Positions 10,023 to 19,314 of a DNA stretch of 41,552 bases are shown here, piece by piece (within the stretch, counting starts at the first letter, position 1; every line of letters starts with the position of its first letter). This DNA is from Tolypothrix carrinoi HA7290-LM1 (GTDB taxonomy: Bacteria; Cyanobacteriota; Cyanobacteriia; Cyanobacteriales; Nostocaceae): positions 1-41,552 of the forward strand of contig JAHHIK010000073.1 in the NCBI GenBank assembly GCA_019358935.1, read 5' to 3'. Position numbers and translations under genes: made by a program. The notes beneath the pieces were generated by a model, which searched no databases, was not told the DNA's origin, and saw only the letters and a list, made by a program, of their open reading frames with translations.

Positions 10023-11715
10023 GAAGATAGCACTACTGATTGGAGTCAGTGAATATGGGGAAGGTATCCCTCCCCTGTCATCTGCTATCAATGATGTAGA
10101 AGCTATGCAGCGAGTTTTGCTTAACCCAAGTCTGGGAGGTTTTGATCAAGTCGAACCGTTGCTTAATCCCAGTGATGGCGAAATGCGAACGGCAATTTAC
10201 AAGCTGTTTAAAGACAAGGCAAAAGATGACTTAGTATTATTATTTTTCTCTGGTCATGGTATTACTAATGATGATGGTCATCTTTATTTGACGACTCGGA
10301 TTACAGCTAAAGACGACTTTGAAGCTACTGCTGTAGACGCAAATTTTATTCAAAGACAATCAAATAATTGCTATGCTAAACGGCAAGTATTGATTTTAGA
10401 TGCTTGCTACAGTGGTGCTTACGCTCAAGGTTTCAGGACAAAAAGTGTCGGTGTCGATATCAAAAAGCAGCTAGGTGCTTCAGGACGAGTTGTTCTCACA
10501 TCTAGTAGTGCAACTCAAACTTCATTTGAGCAGGAAGGTTTACGGCTTTCGCTCTACACTCAGTATTTAGTTGAGGGAATTGAGACGGGTGCAGCAGACA
10601 CAGATGGTGATGGCAATATTCATGTACAGGAACTGCACGCTTACGCTAAAGCAAAAGTTCAAGCGGTAAAGCCTAACATGATGCCAGAGATTATTCTGGA
10701 TAAGGAAGGATACAATATTTTACTGGCACATGCCCCCAAGAATGCAGAGGCAGAGTATCGCAAGCTTGTTGAACAATATGCCCAAAATGGTGAACTTGAT
10801 GAATTTGCTTTCTTAGTCTTAAAGCCAAAACGGAAAACATTTGGACTCACAGATGAAAAAGCCGAGGAAATAGAAAGCGAAGTATTAGAACCTTTCCGCA
10901 GACGGTTTAAAAATTTAGAAAGTTACAAACAAGCTTTTGCAAAGGCTGTTGAGCAAAAATATCCCCTGGATGAACGTACTCGTAAGATACTGAAGGATTA
11001 TCAGCAGGATATTTTAGGTCTGGGAGATGAGGATGTGGCATCAATTGAGTTAGAAATTACATCTGAAGTAGAAGCGGAATATCAAAAACAGGTTCAGATA
11101 GAGAAACAACGAGAAAAAGAAGAAGCCGAAAGGCTGCGGCTACAACAACAAGAAGCCGAGAGACTACAACAACAACGAGAAGCACAGAGGAAACGACGAG
11201 AACAGCAAGCTACTCAAACAACCACCACACCGACAGATACAGATGATCTCAGTTCTGAGAAGGGTGTAGACTATACGCGGTTGCGCGATTTACTCAAAGC
11301 TGGAGAGTGGAAAGAAGCAGATGAAGAAACTCTGGCAGTGATGCTCAAAGCCGCTGGCACAGAAGAACAAGGCTATTTAGATTACAATTCCATCCAAAAC
11401 TTTCCTTGCACAGACTTACGCACTATTGACCAACTGTGGGTAAAATACAGTAATGGGCGATTTGGGTTTAGTGTGCAAAAGCGCATTTGGGAAAGTGTAG
11501 GAAAAGACTACGAAAAGTTTGGCGATCGCGTCGGTTGGCGAAAAGGAATGTTCTTAAACAAAGAATGGCTCACCTACTCAGAACTCACCTTCTCCCTCAA
11601 TGCCCCCCAGGGGCATCTCCCAGTTTCTATCATCTTCCCTCACCATCATCATTCGCTGTTGATATCTCCACTTCTCTCTTCTCTCGCGTCCAGACTTGTG
11701 AAGTGTAACATATAA
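10015..11715 (+). CDS. Caspase-like peptidase (C14) with coiled coil and C-terminal GUN4 domain
   Basis: KIALLIGVSEY, FSGHG (His) and ILDACYSG (Cys) intact; GUN4 motifs DYTRLRDLLKAGEWKEADEET, DQLWVKYSNGRFGFSVQ and GHLP. Confidence 0.92.
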   Translation: MPKKIALLIGVSEYGEGIPPLSSAINDVEAMQRVLLNPSLGGFDQVEPLLNPSDGEMRTAIYKLFKDKAKDDLVLLFFSGHGITNDDGHLYLTTRITAKDDFEATAVDANFIQRQSNNCYAKRQVLILDACYSGAYAQGFRTKSVGVDIKKQLGASGRVVLTSSSATQTSFEQEGLRLSLYTQYLVEGIETGAADTDGDGNIHVQELHAYAKAKVQAVKPNMMPEIILDKEGYNILLAHAPKNAEAEYRKLVEQYAQNGELDEFAFLVLKPKRKTFGLTDEKAEEIESEVLEPFRRRFKNLESYKQAFAKAVEQKYPLDERTRKILKDYQQDILGLGDEDVASIELEITSEVEAEYQKQVQIEKQREKEEAERLRLQQQEAERLQQQREAQRKRREQQATQTTTTPTDTDDLSSEKGVDYTRLRDLLKAGEWKEADEETLAVMLKAAGTEEQGYLDYNSIQNFPCTDLRTIDQLWVKYSNGRFGFSVQKRIWESVGKDYEKFGDRVGWRKGMFLNKEWLTYSELTFSLNAPQGHLPVSIIFPHHHHSLLISPLLSSLASRLVKCNI

Positions 11716-11767
11716 GCCTTTGAGAAGTTTTTTAAGATTTCTTACACAAGCCATTCCCACGTAGTAA

Positions 11768-12052
11768 TCAACATTGTAGAAATCCGATACCTGGCACTAG
11801 GGGGTTATAGCAGTTCGCTTCAATGAATACCCTTGCTACTTCCTCTACTTCCGTGCTGTCTGTCACTTTTTGCTTATCCCAAGGTAACGTCATCTGTCCA
11901 GGGGAAGATTTTTTGGGTTTACCCTTTATGTTCATCCCTGCTAGCAAGCGACTACCCCAATGGTTCTTTTTCTCTGGTTTCGGTTTGGGGCGATATTTTT
12001 TACAAAAGCCTCGGTATCTAGCAGCACATTCATCCAGAGTTTTACCCAGATA
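11768..12052 (-). pseudogene. 3' fragment of a cyanobacterial Y1/RAYT-type transposase
   Basis: Hand translation LGKTLDECAARYRGFCKKYRPKPKPEKKNHWGSRLL...SSPGQMTLPW...FIEANCYNP...C* resembles the C-terminus of cyanobacterial Y1 transposases; REP hairpins sit where the 5' part should be; absent from the ORF track. Confidence 0.7.
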
Positions 12053-12054
12053 TT

Positions 12055-12131
12055 GTAGGGTGTGTTACGGCTTCCGTAACGCACCAAAACATAAAGGATA
12101 GTGCGTTAGCTTTCAGCATAACGCACCCTAC
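12055..12131. repeat. GTAG REP doublet (REPIN-like)
   Basis: gtagggtgtgttacgg...taacgcacc, a spacer, then gtgcgttagc...taacgcaccctac in inverted orientation. Confidence 0.75.
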
Positions 12132-12140
12132 GTATATTTT

Positions 12141-12247
12141 TACAGCGGTTCCCATTCATATATGCTACAGAATTATATCGCAACGTGTAGGGGCACGGCA
12201 GTGCCGTGCCCCTACGGGTGTACCTCACGCAAACGATAACCGCTATA
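12141..12247. mobile_element. MITE-like shell (TACAGCGGTT...AACCGCTATA) enclosing a GTAG REP palindrome
   Basis: Terminal IRs as at 8813; internal gtaggggcacggcagtgccgtgcccctac. Confidence 0.65.
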
Positions 12248-12294
12248 ACGACTATCCAATAACAATTATCCAATAATAACTAACAACTAATTTT

Positions 12295-12843
12295 CTACGG
12301 CTCATACCGTACAATCACTTGACGCGATAATATAGAATTTGCACAATTAACATTACCCGTCAAACTTTTACAAACATCTCCAACTTCAGAAAGACCAATG
12401 GTAATGCGAACATGCAAACCGTAATCAGTAGGATAAACCTCATACAAAAACGGTTTGTCAGTTTCCGCAGTTAAAGCAGCTGCTAAAACTGGTGTAGTAC
12501 AAATTATCGCTTTTTTATCTGGTGGAATATAAAAATCTATAAAAAAATCGCGATCGCCTGTTTTATTAGTCCAACCACTACCCACCGGATATGTAGACCA
12601 TGACATACATTTAAAATCCAGTCCTTTTTCATACTCAAAACCCCTTTGCACAGCAATTTTCTGAATCAAACGAGGATTATCTATTTGTTTTTCTTCTAAT
12701 TTTTTCAGCAAATTATCAACATTTATAATTCTCGCTCTGACAACATCAGCCAATAAACAAGTAAACAACCCTAAGCAAATCACAGTCAACATTATTATTA
12801 TCCAACGATTTTTAATGTCAGCTAAAAACATTTTTTTCATCAT
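12295..12843 (-). CDS. Hypothetical membrane-anchored or secreted protein
   Basis: 182-aa ORF with an N-terminal hydrophobic helix and several Cys in the mature part. Confidence 0.7.
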   Translation of the reverse strand: MMKKMFLADIKNRWIIIMLTVICLGLFTCLLADVVRARIINVDNLLKKLEEKQIDNPRLIQKIAVQRGFEYEKGLDFKCMSWSTYPVGSGWTNKTGDRDFFIDFYIPPDKKAIICTTPVLAAALTAETDKPFLYEVYPTDYGLHVRITIGLSEVGDVCKSLTGNVNCANSILSRQVIVRYEP

Positions 12844-12965
12844 CTGTCAATAATTACTGTAAATACTAAACAAATGATACTTGCATTTTTCCGGAAAATC
12901 TTGCAAAATCTCTAAATTAAACTTCTTTCTTTGCGCCTTTGCGCCTTTGCGTGAGAAAATATTCT

Positions 12966-13448
12966 ATGCTACAATCGACAACCCAAAACCTCCGATTCCA
13001 AGCCATCCACTTTTTAGAACAAAGTCCCGAACAACGTTTGCAAATACTCCAACAACTTGGTATAGCTCGTTATGAATTTTTAACCAAAATCCGCTTAAAC
13101 GAAGCAAACATAAATTGTCTCATACGCTTTTTACAAAATCCAACTCAGCTAAAATTTCCTAATTTAATAGAAACCGATTTATCTAACTTAATTTTGGATG
13201 AAGTCAACTTTATTCGTGGGAATTTATCAAAAGCAAATCTCCAAAACAGCAGTTTAAAAAATGCAGATTTACTATTTGCTAACTTTACTAATGCCGATTT
13301 AAGAAAAGCAGATTTGCAAGGAGCAACTCTGAATGAAACTATATGGTTAAATGCTCTTGTAGATGAGTGTCGGTTTGGCGAGGGTATTGGTTTAACAAAA
13401 AGTCAACGTAAAGATTTACAACTTCGCGGTGCTAGGTTTGATTATTAG
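12966..13448 (+). CDS. Pentapeptide repeat protein
   Basis: [38 protein letters not shown] at 12966 preferred over the track's TTG. Confidence 0.9.
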   Translation: MLQSTTQNLRFQAIHFLEQSPEQRLQILQQLGIARYEFLTKIRLNEANINCLIRFLQNPTQLKFPNLIETDLSNLILDEVNFIRGNLSKANLQNSSLKNADLLFANFTNADLRKADLQGATLNETIWLNALVDECRFGEGIGLTKSQRKDLQLRGARFDY

Positions 13449-13506
13449 GAAGATGATAATTAGAATAACGAACCGCAGAGGCGCAGAGGACGCAGAGAGT
13501 AGTTGT

Positions 13507-14664
13507 ATGAAGTTGCCAAAAAAGTTGATGCTGCTGGGTTCGGGAGAATTAGGCAAAGAGTTTGTAATTGCTGCTCAACGTCTGGGTAATTATGTGATTG
13601 CTGTTGACCGCTATGCTAATGCTCCAGCTATGCAAGTTGCGGATTGTTATGAAGTGATTTCGATGCTGAGTGCAGATGATTTAGAAGCGATAGTTACTAA
13701 ACATCAGCCTGATTTTATCATACCAGAAATTGAAGCGATTAGAACGGAAAAGTTACTGGAGTTTGAATCAAGAGGAATTACGGTTATCCCGACGGCAGCG
13801 GCTACTAATTATACGATGAATCGTGACAGAATTAGAGAATTAGCGCATCAGCAATTGGGGATTAGAACTGCTAAATATGGTTATGCGGAAACGTTAGAAG
13901 AGTTGATTGCTGTTAGTGATGAAATTAAGTTTCCTAATGTTGTCAAACCTGTGATGTCATCATCAGGAAAAGGTCAATCTGTAGTGCAAGATAAAAGCGA
14001 GGTTGAGAAAGCTTGGGATTATGCGATCGCTAATTCTAGAGGTGACAGTCAAAAGGTAATTGTTGAAGAATTTATCAACTTTGAAATCGAGATAACTTTA
14101 TTGACAATTAAGCAGTGGGATGCACCGACTATTTTCTGTTCTCCTATCGGTCATCGTCAAGAAAGAGGAGATTATCAAGAGTCTTGGCAACCTGCTATAA
14201 TTTCCGAAAAAATGATATCGAATGCTGAAGAAATTGCTAAAAAAGTTACCGATGCTTTAGGAGGTGCGGGAATTTTTGGAGTTGAGTTTTTCATCACCAA
14301 AGATGAAGTTATTTTCTCGGAACTTTCTCCCAGACCTCATGATACAGGTATGGTGACGTTAATATCCCAAAATTTGAATGAATTTGAATTGCATTTAAGA
14401 GCTATTTTAAATTTGCCCATTCCCAATATAGAACAGTTGGGAGCATCAGCCAGTGCGGTAATTTTAGCTTCGCTTTCTTCAGATAATATCGCTTTTACTG
14501 GTGTTGCTGATGCGTTGTCAGAAAAAGATGTTGATATTAAACTGTTTGGTAAACCTAATGCTCATCCATATAGAAGAATGGGAGTAGCGTTAGCTAAAGG
14601 TGTTGATGTTCAAGAAGCACGGGAAAAAGCAACGAGAGCAGCAAGTAAAATAAAGATTGTTTAA
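13507..14664 (+). CDS. purT: Formate-dependent phosphoribosylglycinamide formyltransferase
   Basis: LLGSGELGKE, DRYANAPAMQVA, KPVMSSSGKGQS, ELSPRPHDTG and RRMGVALA. Confidence 0.97.
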   Translation: MKLPKKLMLLGSGELGKEFVIAAQRLGNYVIAVDRYANAPAMQVADCYEVISMLSADDLEAIVTKHQPDFIIPEIEAIRTEKLLEFESRGITVIPTAAATNYTMNRDRIRELAHQQLGIRTAKYGYAETLEELIAVSDEIKFPNVVKPVMSSSGKGQSVVQDKSEVEKAWDYAIANSRGDSQKVIVEEFINFEIEITLLTIKQWDAPTIFCSPIGHRQERGDYQESWQPAIISEKMISNAEEIAKKVTDALGGAGIFGVEFFITKDEVIFSELSPRPHDTGMVTLISQNLNEFELHLRAILNLPIPNIEQLGASASAVILASLSSDNIAFTGVADALSEKDVDIKLFGKPNAHPYRRMGVALAKGVDVQEAREKATRAASKIKIV

Positions 14665-14736
14665 ACCTCGTCTACCTTGATAACCGTAGTTTTCTGCCCA
14701 GAAAATATTAGCAGCACAAGAATAGGTGGTATATTT

Positions 14737-15324
14737 ATGCAGTTAGAAACACAAAAACGTCATTACACACCTGAAGAATATTTAGAACTGGAAGAAAAGG
14801 CAGAATATAAAAACGAATACCGTGATGGAGAAATTGTTCCGATGACGGGTGGCACTACAAATCATAATCAAATTGCAGGGAACTTTTATGCAAACCTAAA
14901 ATTTTCCCTAAAAGGGCAAAATTATCGGGTTTATATCGGTGATGTGCGTTTATGGATACCGAAATATCGGCAATATACCTATCCAGATGTGATGGTAATT
15001 CAAGGACAACCTGTTTATACGGGAACAAGTACAACAACTGTAATGAATCCGTTACTAATTGCGGAAGTTTTATCTAAATCAACTCAAAATTATGACCAGG
15101 GTAATAAATTTCTTTACTATCGTTCTATCCCTGAATTTAAGGAATATATTTTAATTGACCAATATCAATATCATGTGATGCATTATGTAAAAACTGCTGA
15201 TGGTAAATGGATTTTTGATGAAATTGAAGGTGATGCAACTTTATCATTTGAAACAATTGATTTTCAAATAGTATTGACTGACCTTTACGAGCAAGTAAAT
15301 TTTGCGGAAAGTGACGAAGATTAA
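14737..15324 (+). CDS. Uma2 family endonuclease (DUF820)
   Basis: YTPEEYLELEE, EYRDGEIVPMTGG, YPDVMV, IAEVLSKST and EYILIDQ. Confidence 0.93.
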   Translation: MQLETQKRHYTPEEYLELEEKAEYKNEYRDGEIVPMTGGTTNHNQIAGNFYANLKFSLKGQNYRVYIGDVRLWIPKYRQYTYPDVMVIQGQPVYTGTSTTTVMNPLLIAEVLSKSTQNYDQGNKFLYYRSIPEFKEYILIDQYQYHVMHYVKTADGKWIFDEIEGDATLSFETIDFQIVLTDLYEQVNFAESDED

Positions 15325-15500
15325 TATTTTTTAAATTATTAAGTGCTATTACTTAGAATTATAAGTAAAAATTCATACTAATAATCTGGAGAACGTAATT
15401 TCATTTTTACAAATCTAACGCAAGAGTGATGTAAACAATTTGCGGAAATGCTACTTTAATTTGGGTATCTATTATCTGACCGTTGTTTTGTCAGACAAAG

Positions 15501-17915
15501 ATGAGTAGGTTAGTTGTTTTAAGCTTAGGACAGGGTAATTTAGAGGATGGCTTTCCAGCGGTAACAGTCCAGCTTGGGGAACAAAACAACTTTTATGGAA
15601 TGAAGTTTACTGCTAGTTTGCCAGCAGCACCAGAAATTAGTGTAATATACCGCGATTGGCGATCGCTTTATTCATTTTTTCATCAACGTCTCGGTTTGCG
15701 TCTGAATGTCGAAGCTGAAGTTGACGACGATTTTGAAATTGAAGAAGCTTATATAACTAATGTTTCTGAAGTCGATCTTCACGATTTATGCGAACAGTTA
15801 GACCACAGCATCAATGCATGGCTTAATTCAACGCAGTTTCACAAAATTGACCAACAATTACGCACGCAATTAGAACCATCCGCAGAAATTCGCTTCATAA
15901 TTGAAACCAATGATAATCAATTGCGGCATCTTCCTTGGCATTTGTGGAACTTTTTTACAGATTATCCTCGTGCAGAAGTCGCGTTAAGTGCAGCAGAATA
16001 TCAACAACCGAATATAATTACCGCAAATAGCAGTGAAGGAAAAGTTCAAATATTGGCTATTTTTGGTGACAGTCGAGGAATTGAAATTAGTCAGGATCGA
16101 ACTTTCTTAGAAGAATTATCGCATCAAGCAGAGATAGAATTTTTAGTAGAACCATCGTTAAACGATTTAAACGATCGCCTTTGGAAACAAAGTTGGGATA
16201 TTCTCTTTTTTGCCGGTCATAGCTGCACTAAAGAAAAAGGATGGTTGCAACTTAATCAAACAGATAGTTTAACGCTGGATCAATTAAAGTATGCTCTCAC
16301 TCAAGCGATCGCACGCGGTTTAAAGTTAGCAATTTTTAACTCTTGCGATGGTTTGGGTTTAGCGCAGCAACTACAGAGTTTGCAGATTCCGCAAGTAATT
16401 GTTATGCGAGAACCAGTCCCGGATGTGGTAGCGCAAAAATTTTTAAAGTATTTTCTGGCGGAATTTTCCAGCGGACAATCTTTATATGCAGCGGTGCGTT
16501 ATGCAAGAGAAAGACTGCAAGGATTAGAAAAAGAATATCCCTGCGCTACTTGGCTACCCGTAATTTGTCAAAACCCCGCTGTAGCACCGATGATTTGGTC
16601 ACAATCGGCGAAAACAATTATTTCTCCCCAAAAAGAATATAAAGCTATTAAAAGCGACGAAATTCGACTTCAGCATAGCTTGTCAACGCTGTTGATTGCC
16701 AGCGTACTTGTGGGAACCTTAGTCATGGGAGTACGCTATCTGGGGATGCTGCAACCTTGGGAACTGCAATCTTATGACCATTTAATGCAGTTGCGATCGC
16801 CTGATGAAAAGCAAGATTCTCGTTTATTAATCGTCACAATTGATGAAGCAGATATTCAATATCAAATACAGCAAAAAATGAATCTGCGTTGGTCGCTATC
16901 AGACCAAGCATTCAATCAACTTTTGCAAAAACTAGACTCATATCAACCAAAAGCTATTGGTCTAGATATATACCATGATTTTCCTTTAGACCGCAAATAT
17001 CCTGATTTGGCAAATCGCTTGCAACACGACGATCGCCTGTTTGCACTGTGTAAAGTTGCCGCGTCGATTAATAAAGCACAGGATGGCGTTCCCCCACCAC
17101 CTGAAGTCCCAATACAACGCCACAGTTTTAGTGATTTTGTCGCCGATGAAGGTGATATTGTTCGTCGTCAAGTTTTACACTTAACCCCGCCGACGAAATC
17201 TCCCTGTCTGGCAGAATATTCTTTTAACTTTCAGTTAGCACAACATTATTTAAACGCACAAGGTATTAGATGGAAAATCAATTCAAACAAAAACTTGCAA
17301 ATTGGCGATGTAGAATTTAAAGAATTAAAATCCCACACTAGCGGTTATCAAAAATTCGATGCATCCGGTTATCAAATACTGCTGAATTATCGTTCTTTAC
17401 TTTCTCCACAAAAGATTGCTCGGCAAGTAGCTTTAAAAGATATTTTAACCGCTCAAATTAAGCCTGAGTTAATCGAATCACTAAAGAATCGCATCGTTTT
17501 AATTGGTGTTACAGCCTCAACAAGCAGTTCTGATTATTGGAAAACCCCCTACACCAGCAACGCAGCAGACAATGATAAGCAAATTCCGGGGGTATTTGTG
17601 CAAGCACATATGATTAGCCAAATTCTCAGCGCAGTGCTTGACAAAAGACCTTTATTGTGGTGGTGGTCTGGGTGGATGGAAACATTTTGGGTGTCGGGAT
17701 GGTCATTGCTAGGAGGAATCATCGGTTGGAGGATTCAGCAACCACTTTATTTAGGATTAGCGATCGCCATATCGTTAATCGCAATTTTTAGCATTTGCTT
17801 TAGTATATTTACACTCGCAGGGTGGATACCACTCATCCCATCAGCATTAGCATTAATTGCTAGTGCAGTTGTCTGGAAAATATTACCGCGTCCTCGTATA
17901 AATAAAAAACATTAA
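15501..17915 (+). CDS. CHAT (caspase-like) protease fused to a CHASE2 membrane sensor
   Basis: LPWHLW, ILFFAGHS (His), IFNSCDGL (Cys), VMREPVPD; TM segment; CHASE2 motifs DSRLLIVTIDEADI, IGLDIY and PGVFVQAHMISQIL; three C-terminal TMs; no output domain. Confidence 0.92.
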   Translation: MSRLVVLSLGQGNLEDGFPAVTVQLGEQNNFYGMKFTASLPAAPEISVIYRDWRSLYSFFHQRLGLRLNVEAEVDDDFEIEEAYITNVSEVDLHDLCEQLDHSINAWLNSTQFHKIDQQLRTQLEPSAEIRFIIETNDNQLRHLPWHLWNFFTDYPRAEVALSAAEYQQPNIITANSSEGKVQILAIFGDSRGIEISQDRTFLEELSHQAEIEFLVEPSLNDLNDRLWKQSWDILFFAGHSCTKEKGWLQLNQTDSLTLDQLKYALTQAIARGLKLAIFNSCDGLGLAQQLQSLQIPQVIVMREPVPDVVAQKFLKYFLAEFSSGQSLYAAVRYARERLQGLEKEYPCATWLPVICQNPAVAPMIWSQSAKTIISPQKEYKAIKSDEIRLQHSLSTLLIASVLVGTLVMGVRYLGMLQPWELQSYDHLMQLRSPDEKQDSRLLIVTIDEADIQYQIQQKMNLRWSLSDQAFNQLLQKLDSYQPKAIGLDIYHDFPLDRKYPDLANRLQHDDRLFALCKVAASINKAQDGVPPPPEVPIQRHSFSDFVADEGDIVRRQVLHLTPPTKSPCLAEYSFNFQLAQHYLNAQGIRWKINSNKNLQIGDVEFKELKSHTSGYQKFDASGYQILLNYRSLLSPQKIARQVALKDILTAQIKPELIESLKNRIVLIGVTASTSSSDYWKTPYTSNAADNDKQIPGVFVQAHMISQILSAVLDKRPLLWWWSGWMETFWVSGWSLLGGIIGWRIQQPLYLGLAIAISLIAIFSICFSIFTLAGWIPLIPSALALIASAVVWKILPRPRINKKH

Positions 17916-17926
17916 AATTAGTAAAT

Positions 17927-19048
17927 ATGAATAAAAACAAATTAAATTTAAGACCTCTCTCCAAACCTCTCTCCTACAAGGTCTTAGGCTTTAACTCCCC
18001 CTTCCCTCATAGGGAAGGGGGCTGGGGGGTTAGCGCTGTGGGCGGCTCTGCCGACTTGAAGCGTCTGGCGTGGGTTAGGTCTGTTTTGTCTTACTTAAAA
18101 CTTACAAAGTCAAACAAATTAAATGTAAGACCTCTCTCCAAACCTCTCTCCTACAAGGTCTTAGGCTTTAACTCCCCCTTCCCTCATAGGGAAGGGGGCT
18201 GGGGAGCCAGCGCTGTGGGCGGCTCTGCCGACTTGAAGCGTCTGGCGTGGGTTAGGTCTGTTTTGTCTTACTTAAAACTTCCTTTGATTACTTTACTACT
18301 TAGTTTGGCGACATCACAAGTTCAAGCGCAATCATTCGATAACATAGTTTCTATCAAACAAAATAAACCCACCGATCAACAATTTCCCGATGATGGCGAT
18401 CCTACAGGTCGGCGTCGAGGAGGAGCAAGCCGACGTGGTGATTGTCCCAACTTAAAAACGCCGTTGACAGCTTTAGTTCCTGGTGAGGAAACTAACAATA
18501 AATCCTTTTTAGGAACAACAATCAGCGAGTATCCTAGCTTTTGGGTTTATATTCCACAGTTAGCCAGCGATATCCGTTCTGGAGAGTTTGTCTTGCAAGA
18601 TCGAGAAGGTAACGATATTTGGCGTACACCAATTACCTTACCAGGAAAACCGGGAGCAATTAGTGTCAAACTACCGCAAAATCCCCAATATGCTCTGAAG
18701 CCAAACTTGAAATATCATTGGTATTTCAACATTTATTGTAATCCGACTCAAAATAATTCTGTGTATTTTGTTGATGCATGGGTGCGACGAGTGACAATAA
18801 CCCCTCAACTGCAACAGCAGTTAAATAAAGCAAAATCACAGAAGTACAAAGTTTATATCGCTAATAATATTTGGTACGATGCTATAACTAATTTAGGAGA
18901 ATTACGCCGCAATAATCCAGGCGTTGGCGAAGCCACTCCTTCGGAGTATCGCGCTTTTGTTGAAGATTGGACTAAATTGTTAAAATCAGTCAATTTATCA
19001 GAACTTGCACCAGCACCAATTGTGCAAATTTACACCCCCAACAAATAG
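17927..19048 (+). CDS. DUF928 domain protein with repeat insertions in its N-terminus
   Basis: GRRRGGASRRGDC, LTALVP, PSFWVYIP, YHWYF, FVDAWVRR, IWYDA and WTKLLKSVNL motifs. Confidence 0.9.
   Translation: MNKNKLNLRPLSKPLSYKVLGFNSPFPHREGGWGVSAVGGSADLKRLAWVRSVLSYLKLTKSNKLNVRPLSKPLSYKVLGFNSPFPHREGGWGASAVGGSADLKRLAWVRSVLSYLKLPLITLLLSLATSQVQAQSFDNIVSIKQNKPTDQQFPDDGDPTGRRRGGASRRGDCPNLKTPLTALVPGEETNNKSFLGTTISEYPSFWVYIPQLASDIRSGEFVLQDREGNDIWRTPITLPGKPGAISVKLPQNPQYALKPNLKYHWYFNIYCNPTQNNSVYFVDAWVRRVTITPQLQQQLNKAKSQKYKVYIANNIWYDAITNLGELRRNNPGVGEATPSEYRAFVEDWTKLLKSVNLSELAPAPIVQIYTPNK
17936..18280 (+). repeat. In-frame 177-bp tandem duplication containing an AGACCT...AGGTCT element
   Basis: Units start at 17936 and 18113 and are nearly identical; the internal element is a reverse-complement relative of 8841-8978. 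Confidence 0.92.
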
Positions 19049-19314
19049 ATTGGGGAATGGGGAAACGCCCTAAATTCCTGCAAATTGTCAGATGGGCAAT
19101 TCAAGGTGAGTACAGAAGTTGAGAGTTTGTTGCCGTTTTTGCGTAAGTCCGGTTTCATATCATGTTCGCATATACTTAATTAAACTTATGTAACAAAAAA
19201 ATAAGTTTAATATCGCGCTATATATTTTATTGATAAACTTACTAATGCTATTTCAATCATACTGAAATATCAACTTTAAGCTACCGCATGTGGTTTGTCA
19301 AATAACCATCATGC

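Noticed and set aside
11641..11652. HHHH as an engineered His tag
   Set aside because: Only four His with mixed codons, internal to a natural GUN4 tail, and no vector sequence is present.
11823..12101. Plus-strand 92-aa and 62-aa ORFs
   Set aside because: They are shadows of the minus-strand transposase remnant.
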